Shown here one piece after another: positions 24,105 through 36,926 of a DNA stretch of 64,000 nt (position 1 is the first letter of the stretch; each line of letters starts with the position of its first letter). A program made the translations under genes and the position numbers. The notes beneath the pieces are model-generated. The model worked only from the letters and a program-made list of their open reading frames with translations, had not been told where the DNA came from and searched no databases. This DNA is from Nemertoderma westbladi (taxonomy: Eukaryota; Animalia; Xenacoelomorpha): NCBI GenBank assembly GCA_032718475.1, contig JAUCBJ010001113.1:7539-71538 (forward strand), written 5' to 3'.

Positions 24105-25809
24105 CAGCGTCTGGAGTGGGGGTGTGACTATATTATTTTAAGTTTGTTTTTATTATTTTATATTTATGTATGTATTATTATGTAATTTTATTATAATCGT
24201 TTTCTTTAATTTTATTTAGTAGAATGTTATTTTAGCGATTATTTAGTAGATTAGTGCAATATATATTAGTCTTATTATTTAATTACTTATATATTATATA
24301 TTTAGTGCGACAGCGAGAAATAATTCTTTTTCTCTTTCCTTACTGTCCGTATCATATTATAAATACGTGACTACAGTAAGATGAAATATCCGTACTTATT
24401 AAAGTACAATAAAGCTCCTACTATATTTAAGTATTATTGGTAAGTAGAGTATTGGGAATGCAAAGTTCAGATCCTCGTGTCTCAACTAAACCAAGCTCTG
24501 GGTAGACCTTGGAAACGACTTGCCTCTTCTCACTGACATTGCTTCTTGCGATATTGCTCTCATACCGTATATTAAATAATACATATATAGTAGCGTGATG
24601 TCCCTTTAACAGTAGCGTACAACGCAAATAAATCTGTTAAACCCTTTGACCATCTGTAATTCTAGTTGATTAAGATATCGCGGCACCCACCGATATACTT
24701 GAAAGACAAAATTCTAGAATCAGTGGTTAACGTCCCCAGACATGTTCTGGAATAAACCGGTGCCCATCTTAAATATTAACTATTAATATTTACAAAATCT
24801 GTCAAATAGATACAATAGAGTAACTACTTACAAGTTAACTCTAAAAGTCTATAAATTAAAATCCGTAAAATTTTAGATCCTTTAAAATTCTAGTCTATTA
24901 AGATATCGTAGCACTTACCAATACTCTTAAAAGGACAAATTTCCTAGAATTCAGGATCCTAGTTCCCAGACATTCTCTGGAATAAAATTGTGTCTATTTA
25001 ATTTTAAATAATAAAATTTATGGGAATAAATTTAAATTCATATCTTTTAATGAATTTGATAAATTGTCATTTTTATACAATTTATAATATTCCCAAAATT
25101 CCATTAATTAATAGATCATGGGAGCGGAGATTCACCCTATTAAGTATATTAGTGTGCAAGAATCTCCAATATATTGTCAATAGCCGATAAAATTCATAAA
25201 ATCATGTATAAAGAGGAATATTGACAATTAAAGAATTACTATTAAATAGCATCCCAGATCTGTATGCATGAGAATTACCCTAATTCTACTGCTAGCTTTC
25301 CATAATGTCACCATGGCAACAACCACGCTAGAATTAGAAGTGAGTTAAAAGAACAATAGAAAGCTTGCCCCATTGAATAGCATAAGGAATAAATAGCACA
25401 CTGCTAGTATCCCAGGATATATAATAATAACGTGGCATTCTGGAAGGCACTTGACTAAAGGACAAATGGCCCGAATGTGTGCGGTTTGTGACAGTTGTGT
25501 GGAATTTGTGCGTTTATAGGTGAATGTTACTACTAAAGTGTGTTTACAGTAGCGAGTCGCAATTGTGAAAGTAGCCCTAACTCTGCAGTAATAACCTGAA
25601 GTAAATCTTATCCCTTGGGACGGACAGTGGAGTGACTCGCGCTGGTTGTTATTGTCGTTGTGCAGCTACTATGTTGGCGATAAGCACAGCGGCGACAGTA
25701 CATCAGCGCTGAGGATCTTGCGCTGTCCGGGGGCCGTGAGGGGTAGGCAGCGACGCCCGCTAGCCTAATTATAAACTCATTATAATATTGATAAACTCAT
25801 ATAGCAGCT

Positions 25810-27360
25810 ATGACTGAGTTGATAGAAGATAATCTTGATATCAGGGAGCGATATACTCTACATTTACAAGCGTTTGTTGATAGCTTGACATGCGGCGACG
25901 CTAGTCCAACTACTACGGAGGACGATGGTCGTTATATCGAACCGCCGATGTCCCAGTAGCAACTTACGCGTGAATTGGACTATAGAAAATTCACCGCTTG
26001 CTATATGCATCGTAATGGTACATATATGGACTTCTTAACTACTGGCCATCCTATCGATTTACACGATACGGACTATGTCGACACCGAAAGGGAAATGGTA
26101 CTATTTAAGTTTCCTACCCAGCGGAGTCGGAACGATAAACTGAAAATCGAATGCGAAAATTCTATTCGAAATCGACCCAAAAGAGAAGATGTTAAAGAAC
26201 CGGATAAACGCGGTAACTCCAACGTATATTTGGAATTCTTGAGAGAAACATTGTAAAACCAAATAAATATCACCCGCGTTTCCCCTACAAGACGTGCGTC
26301 TTTGGTATTATTGCGATGAATGCCCAAGACCCAACCAACAAACGGAAAGACATAAACATCCGCGGAGACGTTGCTTTAAACACGGTTTTACTCGCTATAT
26401 TTAAGGGAGTTTCGAGCGAAACTTGTTCGATGTATCACCTACGCTCGCTCGACTCAAACGATCCTTAAATAAACCTATGATCAGAGTTCCGGAATACTCG
26501 GTCGGACCTCCTCATTCCCTAGTTAGACCTCAGACTCTTGATCCTAATAGTATCATGGATACTCCCGAACTGTACTCACGGTTCAAAGATCTAGTGTTAC
26601 CCGAACAGTTAGTCGGTGGCACTCCGGTTGTGGGCTCCCTAGATATTCGCCCATCTTACCTTGCCGGATTGGGACGCGGACATCTAATATCGCCATTCAA
26701 CCGCATCATCGTCCCAGTTTAACCCGATACAACCTGTCACCGAGGTGGAGGAGAGAGTTGTACGAAACGCGTTGGACACTATTCGTCAAAAGATCGGAAA
26801 AGGAACCTACAATTGTTTAGAGATACGTAAATTGCAGCAACTAGTCCAAGCGGTAAACGAATTAGCTTTATCTCAGTTTGATCAGGAAATCCAGAATCTA
26901 TAAGAAGATATCGAACTTGGACGACTCTACTTTCTGCAAGAGTTTGGACAAATGTTTTCAACGACAAGCGGAGGAAAATCAGCTCGAGGAGAAGCATATC
27001 GATTCCGATAGAGCCCGAGAACGCGAGTTGGAAAGAATCATCAAACCGAGGAAATTTCTCACTATACACGGTCCACCTACCGCTCTCGTGCAAATGACCC
27101 GTCAGGGACCAGTAAGAGCTGCTGTCTCAAAACGCGCTCTCAAGGTTGTTCGACCTCGTTCCACTGAGGTTGATACCGATCAACCAGGTACCTCGACCGG
27201 CGGATACACCGACCGTAACCCTAAACCTTCTGATGCAATTGTATTGCACCCTTCACCCAAGGGTTATAGCCCTCCTAGTAAAGTGGCTCACCCCAAAGAG
27301 AAAAGGACTCTTGCTAGCCTCAAAAAACTGCGTAAATGCCGTCCTCGCAAGAAAGACTAA
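25810..27360 (+). pseudogene. Degraded additional sense-strand ORF (ORF3) of family A between pol and the 3' LTR; product unknown
   Basis: ATG at 25810 followed by consecutive ORF pieces 25975-26256, 26423-26722 and 26878-27360, with coding-like composition unlike the AT-rich flanks. Confidence 0.55.
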
Positions 27361-27438
27361 CTGTTTAGAGTATTTTTATATTTTAGAAACTGTGATTTTT
27401 TATATTTTATAGAATTAAATCCCATTTTCTGGGAGCAG

Positions 27439-28626
27439 TGTAAAGGCTTTTGCGGAATTAGCTAGTCATTTTCCCCGCAAAGTACTCTGTAGGTGTTTTA
27501 GCGGACATAAAAAGCCGTTTCCTTACTGTACCGGTGTTTTAGTGGACATAAAAAGCCATTTCTTCTGTATGTGTACTTTAGCGGGCATAACTGGCGATTT
27601 TGTGTCGCAGTGCGCCAGGGTGCTCTTGATGCAGTGTGGTTCCGATGACGGCATCTGTCGGCTGATGTGTCCACGTGTAACTTTTTCTTTGTTCTTTGTT
27701 CGGTTGGCCAATCAGAGCGATTTTCATTTTATTTGTACAGAAACCTCCGGGAAATCGCGCAATGCATTCTGGACTTTGTTTACCTTTTTTCCTAAGCCTA
27801 GAACATCGGCTGTGGAATTATTCTGTGTTTCAGACTTTAGCCAAACATTAGAACGGCTTTGATTATAGAAACATATAACTGTTATCAACTCCTCTCAGTC
27901 TGCCATACCTGGCATACCAGACTCGCCGTACCTTTCACCGCATTATTTTACTGCTATTTACTGTCGGTTATTAATTGTATCAGTTGATGGAATATTGTTA
28001 TATTTGGAGAATATGGATAAATAATCAGAAAACCCCAATCTTCTTGATATACTGAAGGTTAGAGAGACCGGTTACATATAGCAATTGCAACTTACATTAA
28101 AGTGGTTTTGGAGTGAATTTAATGCTATTTCATAGGCCCTACAGGTGTCAGTTGTTGTTCTCTTTATATGTGACTAAAATTAGTGAAGGTCGGCAGATCG
28201 GTGTGCAGCATTGTGCAGTAGTGTGCATGACTGTGACAGATAACAAAACATCTCCTAAAGAATGCACTTTATACGTGAATCAATAGCCATCCTGTTGTGT
28301 TTAGTGTAAGTCATAACTCTGTTTACATACTTAGAGCGAAACGTCCTAAAGGAACTGTTAATATTTCCCGAAAGTGAATAATATTTGTCAGAGATTATAT
28401 ATTAACGATCAATCGAATAATACAGTAGGCCTACACCGCAATAAGGTCAGAGCTTCCGAATCCAGTCTCCCGGGTAAATCCAGCGGGTGAATGGTCGCGC
28501 ATAGGCTGGCTTCGGCTAATGTAGTTTATGTGTATCAAATACTTGTCATAGGCTAAAGTCGATTTATAACCTAGAAGACACCTAAATTTGGCAGGTTAAA
28601 CTGCTAAAGGTCTAAAAGCGCGAACA
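27439..28626 (+). repeat. 3' LTR of BEL/Pao family A (1188 bp)
   Basis: Direct repeat of 12251-13433, followed by TSD GTAGC. Confidence 0.95.
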
Positions 28627-29022
28627 GTAGCACTATAAAATCCCCTCGCACTCTCTGTTACTAATTTTCAACAGTTCAACATTCACTCTATGTTGTATGG
28701 TTTATAGTTAACCTTTAGAACTCACAGTCAGGCGCGCCTTCATTCAACCAGTCATATAAAGGCTCTACATGGATACAATAGGTGTGGCTAGCAGTATAAC
28801 TATATAAAGTCCACCGCATTCTCTGTTACTAACATTCAACAGTTTAACATTCACTCTATGTTGATGGGCCTATATAAAACATAGTTAGTTTATTTATGTG
28901 TTCGCTTTTTTAAATTAAATTACATATAAAATAGACAAACAGACTGATAACATTTAATACCGGTAACATTTAGGCCTACTTTATAAATGAGTGTACTAGT
29001 TAGGTACTAGTTAGATATGCTT

Positions 29023-29418
29023 CTATGAAAAATGATGATGGTTATTATTATTACTGGTAGGTATAGCAAGTTGAATTTCTTTCCAAGTAGCCTCTGCCGG
29101 TCCTGGTATAGTTGCTGCGTTATCTGTTTCCCAATTCTCTTCTTGAGTTGCCGGTATTAATTCGTTTTGATTACCGGTAACTTCTTCTTCTGATCCTGGA
29201 TTTATTCTTATATTCAATGAAAAGTTTTTCGTTGTTTCTAACTTAGTTACTCCTTGTTCGTGATTTATGATGTTAGTGAATCCGATTTCAAATGTTCTAT
29301 TGTTATAACTGATTTCCAAATCAGTAACGTTTTCTGATGATACAAAAGTATCTTTGCTATCGAAATCAAACTTTATGGTGCTTTTCAACGAACGGTTGTT
29401 AATAAAAGCAAAAGTCAT
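29023..29418 (-). CDS. Hypothetical 131-aa protein, probably Polinton accessory
   Basis: Intact ATG ORF preceded by a TA-rich tract; same strand and AT content as neighbouring Polinton genes; no recognised motif. Confidence 0.4.
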   Translation of the reverse strand: MTFAFINNRSLKSTIKFDFDSKDTFVSSENVTDLEISYNNRTFEIGFTNIINHEQGVTKLETTKNFSLNIRINPGSEEEVTGNQNELIPATQEENWETDNAATIPGPAEATWKEIQLAIPTSNNNNHHHFS

Positions 29419-30105
29419 CTTCTCAGGTTAGTTTAGGCTTATATATATATATATAGTCTAAGGGTAACAGGCAGGGTGGATACAGTATACCGGTATTTTT
29501 TTTTTTCTTATTTTGGTTAACAAAATTATAGTTCACTGTTTGAAAAATTGAGTTTATATATATTTTTATAGACGGTCACAGAAGTTCACATTACAAAATT
29601 CACATAGTTAACAAAACGTTCAACATAAACTTTTCCCATGCGGATTAGCGATATATGCTCTGTTCATTATTCTATTATATTCTATTCTATTCTGAATGTA
29701 GTGAAATGCATAGCCGATGTTTTAATAATATGTATACGGGCTAGTAACAGATAGGAGGGCTTCAACTTTGACTATGAATACCAATACATAGCCCTAAACT
29801 TTTCTCAACAGGCTTAGCGATGTATAATTTAGCCAGCAATAGTGATGCTCTCTGCACACAGTCATAAGTAACAGATGTGCTACCGTAGCTCACTCGCGAG
29901 CTGTGATGCTTAGCTAGCTACTGTCTCTGGGTATACTAAGCATACTAGGCTGTTACAAGCAGTCGCTCTGCTGAAGTTAGTTAGTTAGTTCGTTTCCCCA
30001 ACTAGTTGTTGATTTAAAAAATATTCATAAATTTCTTCTCCCTCAAATTAATATATATTTTACAGTAAAAAACCCCCATCACCAAACAACAATAAATGTC
30101 ACTCT

Positions 30106-30640
30106 CTAATTATATTTTACAGCTAAAAACCCACCAGCAAACAACAATAAATTATTAACCAGTTTGTTGAATATAGGATAATATATATGAAATTTAATTG
30201 GTGAACATATTAATGTACATTTACCGGTATAGAAACAGCAAACAACAACAATATTATTTATTCTGACTTTACAGTTATTGAACATTTCTGGCTCATATGA
30301 AATTTCTAGTTTGACATTATCAAATATAACATAAAACCCGATATTGTTTAAAAGTAACCTATAGATTACGGTGTCAATACTAAAAATATAAGTACACAAA
30401 TTAATAGATTTAAAAATCAAATTAATGTTTGTTTTTTCAAATATATGCTTTTTAACTTTATTAAAATTATATTTTCTACCAAGAATTGTTATTCGTCCAT
30501 TTGTAAACATTAATAAGGTTGGACCAAATACCTTATATATAAACTGATTAGGTTTGAGTACAATTTTACCTGACAATCATAGCCAATTACTATATAATTG
30601 AAAGTTGAATTACACAAATATTATAAATTATAAAATACAA
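30106..30640 (-). pseudogene. TATA-binding-protein (TBP)-like ORF in the Polinton; 5' end probably frameshifted
   Basis: Two-repeat pattern: TLLMFTNGRITILG (cf. TALIFSSGKMVCTG) and ISYEPEMF...VCCFYTGKCTL (cf. SYEPELF...LLIFVSGKVVL). Confidence 0.65.
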
Positions 30641-31868
30641 TTTTTAATTTTAATTTCCACCACCACCAAAATTAAATTTAGTAAGAATTTTTACATCCCT
30701 CCACCAAACACAAGTCTAAAACTTGGATTCAGTACCGGTCTTGGAGGTTGAAATATTTTACCTGACAATTGATTTTTTAATTCTTTTAAATTAAGTCCAT
30801 AAATGATCTGCTTACAACTTATATTTTTATTTACTATTTGATAATTCATCATCAACATCATCACCTTTTGGTTCTTCATAAATTTGTATATTTGATATTT
30901 TTATAGATTTTTTGAGGTTTGTTTTATAGTGCCCCCAAGGAAGTGATTGATTTTAATGATGTAATTTAGATTGAAATCTGTGTATGTTTTTTTTTTATTT
31001 CTTCATTTGAGTTATATGCTTTTAAATATTCTTCATGAGTAATATTCGTTTCCACAACAGCTCTTGTAATACCTTTTGCTCTGCGAATATTTCTGTTATT
31101 CCATTCCAAAATTGAATATAATTTTGGTCTTAAAAATACTGCTTGTTTAATTTCACGTGAGGCTAGTTCATCTTTACAATAATAAAGTCTCGATTTATTT
31201 TTATTACTATAAAGCGGGTGATCCGGAGGGTAATTGGATGTATCTAAAATATTATTTTTAGTTAATGCTTTTAAAAAATTACTCTGCGATGTATTATAAT
31301 AACAACCTATTAAAGAGTCTGTATCTGATGCAACAATTTCAATATGACAGTTTAATTCTTTCTCAATAGGCAGTAATCTATTGTAATACAGTTCATACAT
31401 ATCAAGTTTAGCCAAATCCAACACCACGCTACCAATAAATATAGGCTTATCGAGAGTTACTGAGTCTTTCACTAATAAATGACCCAATAATGTATTATTG
31501 TATATTATAAATTGTTCATGATTAATACGTTTCACCAATTGGTCACATTTATCATTGTTATTTGTGATGCGAAAGTTACATCGTTCCCGTATCTTTTCTA
31601 TTGTCTTACCAAATAAAGAGTTATTAAGCAGCTTTGCGACAGCCATTTCAATGTAATTTTTTGCTAGTCGTCTTTGATTAATATTAAAATCTATGTAATT
31701 TTTAAATACAAATTCTTGTTGAAAAGAATATAATTTATGTAGTTTAGTAACAAATAATCCTTGTTTTATATAAAATTTTAACAGTTTCTAATGTAAATGT
31801 TAAAATTCTTTATCAAATTGCGTCAGCACGAGTTTTGGAGTAGATATCTTATATTTACCGGAGGTGCC

Positions 31869-34800
31869 TGAAATAATGACTATTAATTTATCACTCCTGA
31901 CTGTCCGACATATATTCAATCAGATATATTTTAGATAACACAATTACACCGGTAGGCATGATATACCGGTTACAGAGTACTACAGTACTGCAGTACCACG
32001 GTACAGCAGTAGACTTTTCTGCACTTACGGTCCGGACAGATTACCATTAGAAACCGTCATTACTTACTCTCTTACTTCAAGGCCTCTTAGGTCCAAGGGT
32101 GATCTTAACAATCTCCCCCTTTCTGTATTAATTAAGAAGACAATGAGTTAGTAATATATACTTGAGTTATAAATTAAGTAAGGATTATATAGTTTTAAAC
32201 TGAAAGTTAATTTAAGTTTCCAGTTGTATATTAATACTGTGAGTCAGGTCAGTTTAGTTTAAATAGTTTATTCTGTATTTCCACAATCAATCATCTTCAA
32301 TAGTTTCGTCCGATCTGCCTTACGTTTGGTAAGACAGTCCGCAAGTTGCTCAGCTGTACAGACCCACTGCACTTCAACTTCTCTACGATCAACCATTTGT
32401 CTCATAATTGCCATATCGATGCGAAGTCGCTTGTCCTCAATTGTGTTACTTGTATGAACAGCTTGGGCTAAGGATCGATTATCAGTGAAACATACAATGG
32501 GTAACTTAATATCTTTCAGGAACTGAAGCACCTTCTTCAAAAATATTGCTGCTTCTACGCCCTCTATCAATGCTAAAGTTTCAGCAGCTAAAGTTGACTT
32601 CACAACCCTCTTGAGCTTCTTTGACTGCCATGACAGGGTAGCATGCTTCTTATTGACATCTGTAAGAAATATAATATAGCCACCCTGTGACCCACCATCT
32701 CTAAGATTTCCAAATGAAGCATCTGCATAGACCTCCAACTGGCAGGTATCAACATCAAGACCATTCAAATTACAACGCAATCCACAGTGTTGTAACTTCA
32801 ACTTTCTAATTATTTTATTAACATTTCGCAAGTCTTCTACAGTTGGATGCTTAGTATGAGTACTAAGTTCACAGGAATCATAAGCAATGTCTGGTCTTGT
32901 TTGATTGGCTACCCAATTGATAGCACCAATCAAGGATCTAAATTTTGTAATCTCTCCCTTTTTTAGTGGTCTTTCCTTTGCTCCTTGTGGAATATAAATC
33001 TCATCTAGCTCCTTAATGTATTTCTCTTGCTGCAGATATATGCCATATGAAGACTGTTCAAGGAATAATACCAAGTAACGAAAACTTCCTTTACAAATAG
33101 GACCAACTGCAAATGTCTCAATAAATGACTTAATTATTTCTTCTTCAAATTGAGCTGTACCTGCAAACAAAACATCATCAACATGAATGCAGATAACACC
33201 ACCAATTGAACTGTTTGGCTGTATCCATTTGAAAAGACCAGGATCCAGCTCACATATGTTTACTCCCAATTCTTCCAGTCGACTCTTTACTCTAATATAC
33301 CATGATCTAGGTGCATCATTAAGACCATAGACTGTTTTTAACAATCTCCACAACTGTCCATCACTATCTGCTTCTGGTGGTGGGTTGACAAAAACTTCAC
33401 GGCTAATATTCTCTCCCTGTAGGAATGCTGACTTAACATCTATGGATTTAATACTCCAACTCATCATAGAAGCCAGAGATAATGCTAGACGAATGCTGTC
33501 TTTTGAGCAAGTTGGTGAGTCAGTTCTTTCTTCAACTATCTCTTCAAATCCGCGAGCTACTAATCGCGCCTTTATGTTTCCATTTTCCTTCTCAGTCAAA
33601 ACCCATTTGAGAGATATAAAATCTTGACTCTGATTATCGACTTCAACATATACATTATTTATACGCCACATGTTTAATTCATGTCTCTTGGCTTCTGCAA
33701 CTTTCTCCACTTTATCTAAAGTGATATATGTTGGAATTGTTAAGTTAATTCCCTCCTCCTTATCTAAGACCCGATAATCATAGACATTATTTAAATCCAT
33801 CCATTTAGATGGCCCATCGGAATATTCAAGATTAAAACAATGTTTATATTTTCCGGTCGCCTTACCAGCACGACTTATTACTGTGGCTGTTACTAATTCT
33901 TCATTTTCCTTTTCTCTAAACTGCACTCGATCGCCTGCTAGATGATTAACAAAGAGTTTAACATTTGCCACCTCATTGGTTTGTATAATAGGTTTATTTC
34001 TCACATCAGCAACTTCTGAAGTATGTTCTTTACCCCCATTGGACATTATTTCAACTGAGTTTGGTTCATCCTCACCTATCAGATTATCAACTAAAGGACC
34101 AGTCTTGGAATTATCAACAGAACAGTGTAAAGAACCATTGTTGTTATCCGCAATTCTAGCTGAACGTATTCGTGATGGGTGAACACGAACATATGTGCTA
34201 CCATGTTTTACCAATATTTGTTGACCATCCTGTCCAATGACAGAACCAGGGCCACGCCACTCTGGAAATTCTATTCGTTTATAATACACCAATTCACCAC
34301 TGGTAACCTTATCCCCACTATCTCTTACATTGTGTTTTAGAGCACGGCGTAACCGTTCTGATGATTCATTTTTAATGAATTCCTGACGAGCAGCATGCAT
34401 GGCATTAAGATTGTCTGCAACTACAGTGCTTGTGATGTTACCTTCCAAGGCGGGTAGTTTATTATCCTCTACTGTGGGACGCATTGGATTTTTTCCAAAA
34501 ACTAATTGATTGGGTGAAAACCCATGAACATTAGTTAATGCATTGCGAGCAGCAACTGCCCATGCCACTGCCACATCAATTTCACATTTTTCTTGAGCCA
34601 TTATCTTTTGAACATCTAAGCCAAGAACTGCGTTCTGCCGTTCACACAGACCATTGGACCATGGTGATTCAGCAGCAGTAGGTAGAACTCTTATGTTAAA
34701 ATTTTCAGCAAGATTAATAAATTGCGCATTGTTAAATTCACCTCCATTATCTACAAGAAATTTCCGAGGATGGCCAAATGTAATTATTCACGATTTAAAA

Positions 34801-36926
34801 ATTCCTTGAATTACTTTGTGAGACTGTTTACTCCAAAGCACACAGGCAGAACGATAACGAGTAAATGTGTCTACCAAATGTAGAATAATATTGTTATTAA
34901 TAAACTTCAGATCTAATGCAATAGTGTCATTGAACTCATTACTTATTGGTAGACCAACAACAGGCCTAGGCGGTGGCTTGTTAAATCTGCGACATATGTC
35001 ACAACTTTTTTGAATTTCTTCTAACTGATTTGCTAGCCCTTCTGGAACACTTCCAGTCCCCTTAATTAAACGAACTAATTTATCTGCTGGTGCAAACTGG
35101 CGGTGCAACTTTATAGCTACTTTCTTCATTTCATCAGTTGACTTTATTTCACACGAAATGTGAACTTCCTTTACTAATGCAATAGATATGCAAAAATGCC
35201 CTGCAATATTATCAACAGTTGGAATCTTTTGTCCAAACATTATTACTTCATTCTTTCTAAAATCAAGAGCTGCATTTGCCTTAGCTAATGAATGTTTAGA
35301 GAGTAATAGAGGAATATTGCATGATACCACTGATGCTTGGACATGAACCCGCTTATTGCCAATTAGACAAGGAATCTTCACACATTTGTCAGATATCACG
35401 TTTTTCCCATCACCAAACCTAAATAAAGTGCAACTTGGAGTTTCAACAACCTCAGATTTTTCAATATCGCTGAGACTGTCTAGATATGCCATATACCACA
35501 ACTGCCCACACACTGATTTGGTACAGCCAGAGTCCAGAATTGCTAACCCAATAGTGTCTTCTAAATACACATTGGTCTGAGCTGTTAAAACATACACATC
35601 ATCACTCTCACCAAAATCATCCCCTTCATTAAACATACCTGAAATGTCTCTGTAACTTGTAAGAAGAACATCAACTTCCTCACTGACTGTCTCCCCTTGA
35701 CCATCACAGAAGTGGGCGGTTTCATTGTCGTCAACTCCAATCCTCCTCTGAAAGCAATTAGCTGCATAGTGATAAATACTCCCACACCTTAAACATTTAG
35801 TTATATTACCATATCGATCCAGGGGATTTCTTACTGCACCAGAACCCCGACTTTGTCCTCGGTCAAACTGATATGAAGAACCCCGACCTCTGCCAAGCTG
35901 ATCTGAAAACTGACCTCGACCAAACTGATCACTATGTCCACTATACTGACCACGGGAATACTGATTCGGCCTTCGATAATTAAACCCACCAACTCCTCCT
36001 CCACGCTGGTAACCTTTAAATCCTCTATCAGTAAAATATACCTCATCTTCACCTATTTCATCCGAACACACTAAAGCTTCCTGCTTTATATCCAACTCAC
36101 CTAATCCTGATGAAACCTCACTTCTCTTCCCTGAAATTTTCTTCAAGGTGTCTCGCATACCTTTGAAACTTAAAACAGGGACAGTTGTCCTTGCAAGTTG
36201 TTCTTCTGTGTGTGACAGTCCAGCGCTCTTTAAAAGTCTGAATGCAATCACCCCATCTGGCAGCTCCATACCATGTTTCCTTACTTTTGAATATAAATTA
36301 TCAAATTCCACCAGATATTCCTCCATGATTATCCCAACTGGACGTATATACTTCTCAAAATTCTCATAAGCACAAAATGCCAACAGTTCCTTGTCCTTTA
36401 AATATAAATCGTCTAGCTTAGTTATTACTTTCTCTAGTCCGTCTTCACCATTTAATTCAGCAATTGGTATATCCACTGTAGCTTCCCTCGCTTTTCCGCT
36501 CATTGATAACGCCAACACCGGACCTTGTTTCTTTTTATTTAAATCAGTTACTAAACGCCATATTTCTATTTCCTTTTTCCAGTCGTCATAGGAAAGATCT
36601 GCACGCATTTTGGGGGGTATTTTATAACTTGCTACACCTGCTGATTTGGCCATTTTGTTGAGGAACAACCACGCTCTGCTACCATGAAATAATGACTATT
36701 AATTTATCACTCCTGACTGTCCGACATATATTCAATCAGATATATTTTAGATAACACAATTACACCGGTAGGCATGATATACCGGTTACAGAGTACTACA
36801 GTACTGCAGTACCACGGTACAGCAGTAGACTTTTCTGCACTTACGGTCCGGACAGATTACCATTAGAAACCGTCATTACTTACTCTCTTACTTCAAGGCC
36901 TCTTAGGTCCAAGGGTGATCCTAACA
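31869..36926 (-). mobile_element. Full-length Ty1/Copia LTR retrotransposon, GalEa-like clade
   Basis: 242-bp LTRs at 36685-36926 (5') and 31869-32110 (3') with one mismatch seen; TSD GTGCC; PBS TGGTAGCAGAGC (tRNA-iMet); PPT AGAAAGGGGGAGA; PR-IN-RT-RH order. Confidence 0.95.
32268..36653 (-). CDS. gag-pol: Copia gag-pol polyprotein, single frame with one premature TGA at 34788-34790
   Basis: CLRCGSIYHYAANC knuckle; AILDSGC; HRQF...CDIC; VDNGGEF; SPWSNGLCER; KARLVARGFEE; IHVDD; YADAS; LADCLTK. Confidence 0.92.

Larger units (their letters stand above)
12251..28626 (+). mobile_element. Full-length BEL/Pao LTR retrotransposon (family A), 16.4 kb, decayed
   Basis: Paired LTRs TG...CA; 5-bp TSD GTAGC at 12246-12250 and 28627-28631; gag-PR-RT-RH-IN order with Pao-type motifs; purine-rich GGGAGCAG before the 3' LTR. 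Confidence 0.95.

Noticed and set aside
28960-29030. Polinton terminus (AGT-repeat end)
   Set aside because: No long TIR partner or 6-bp TSD found in the window.
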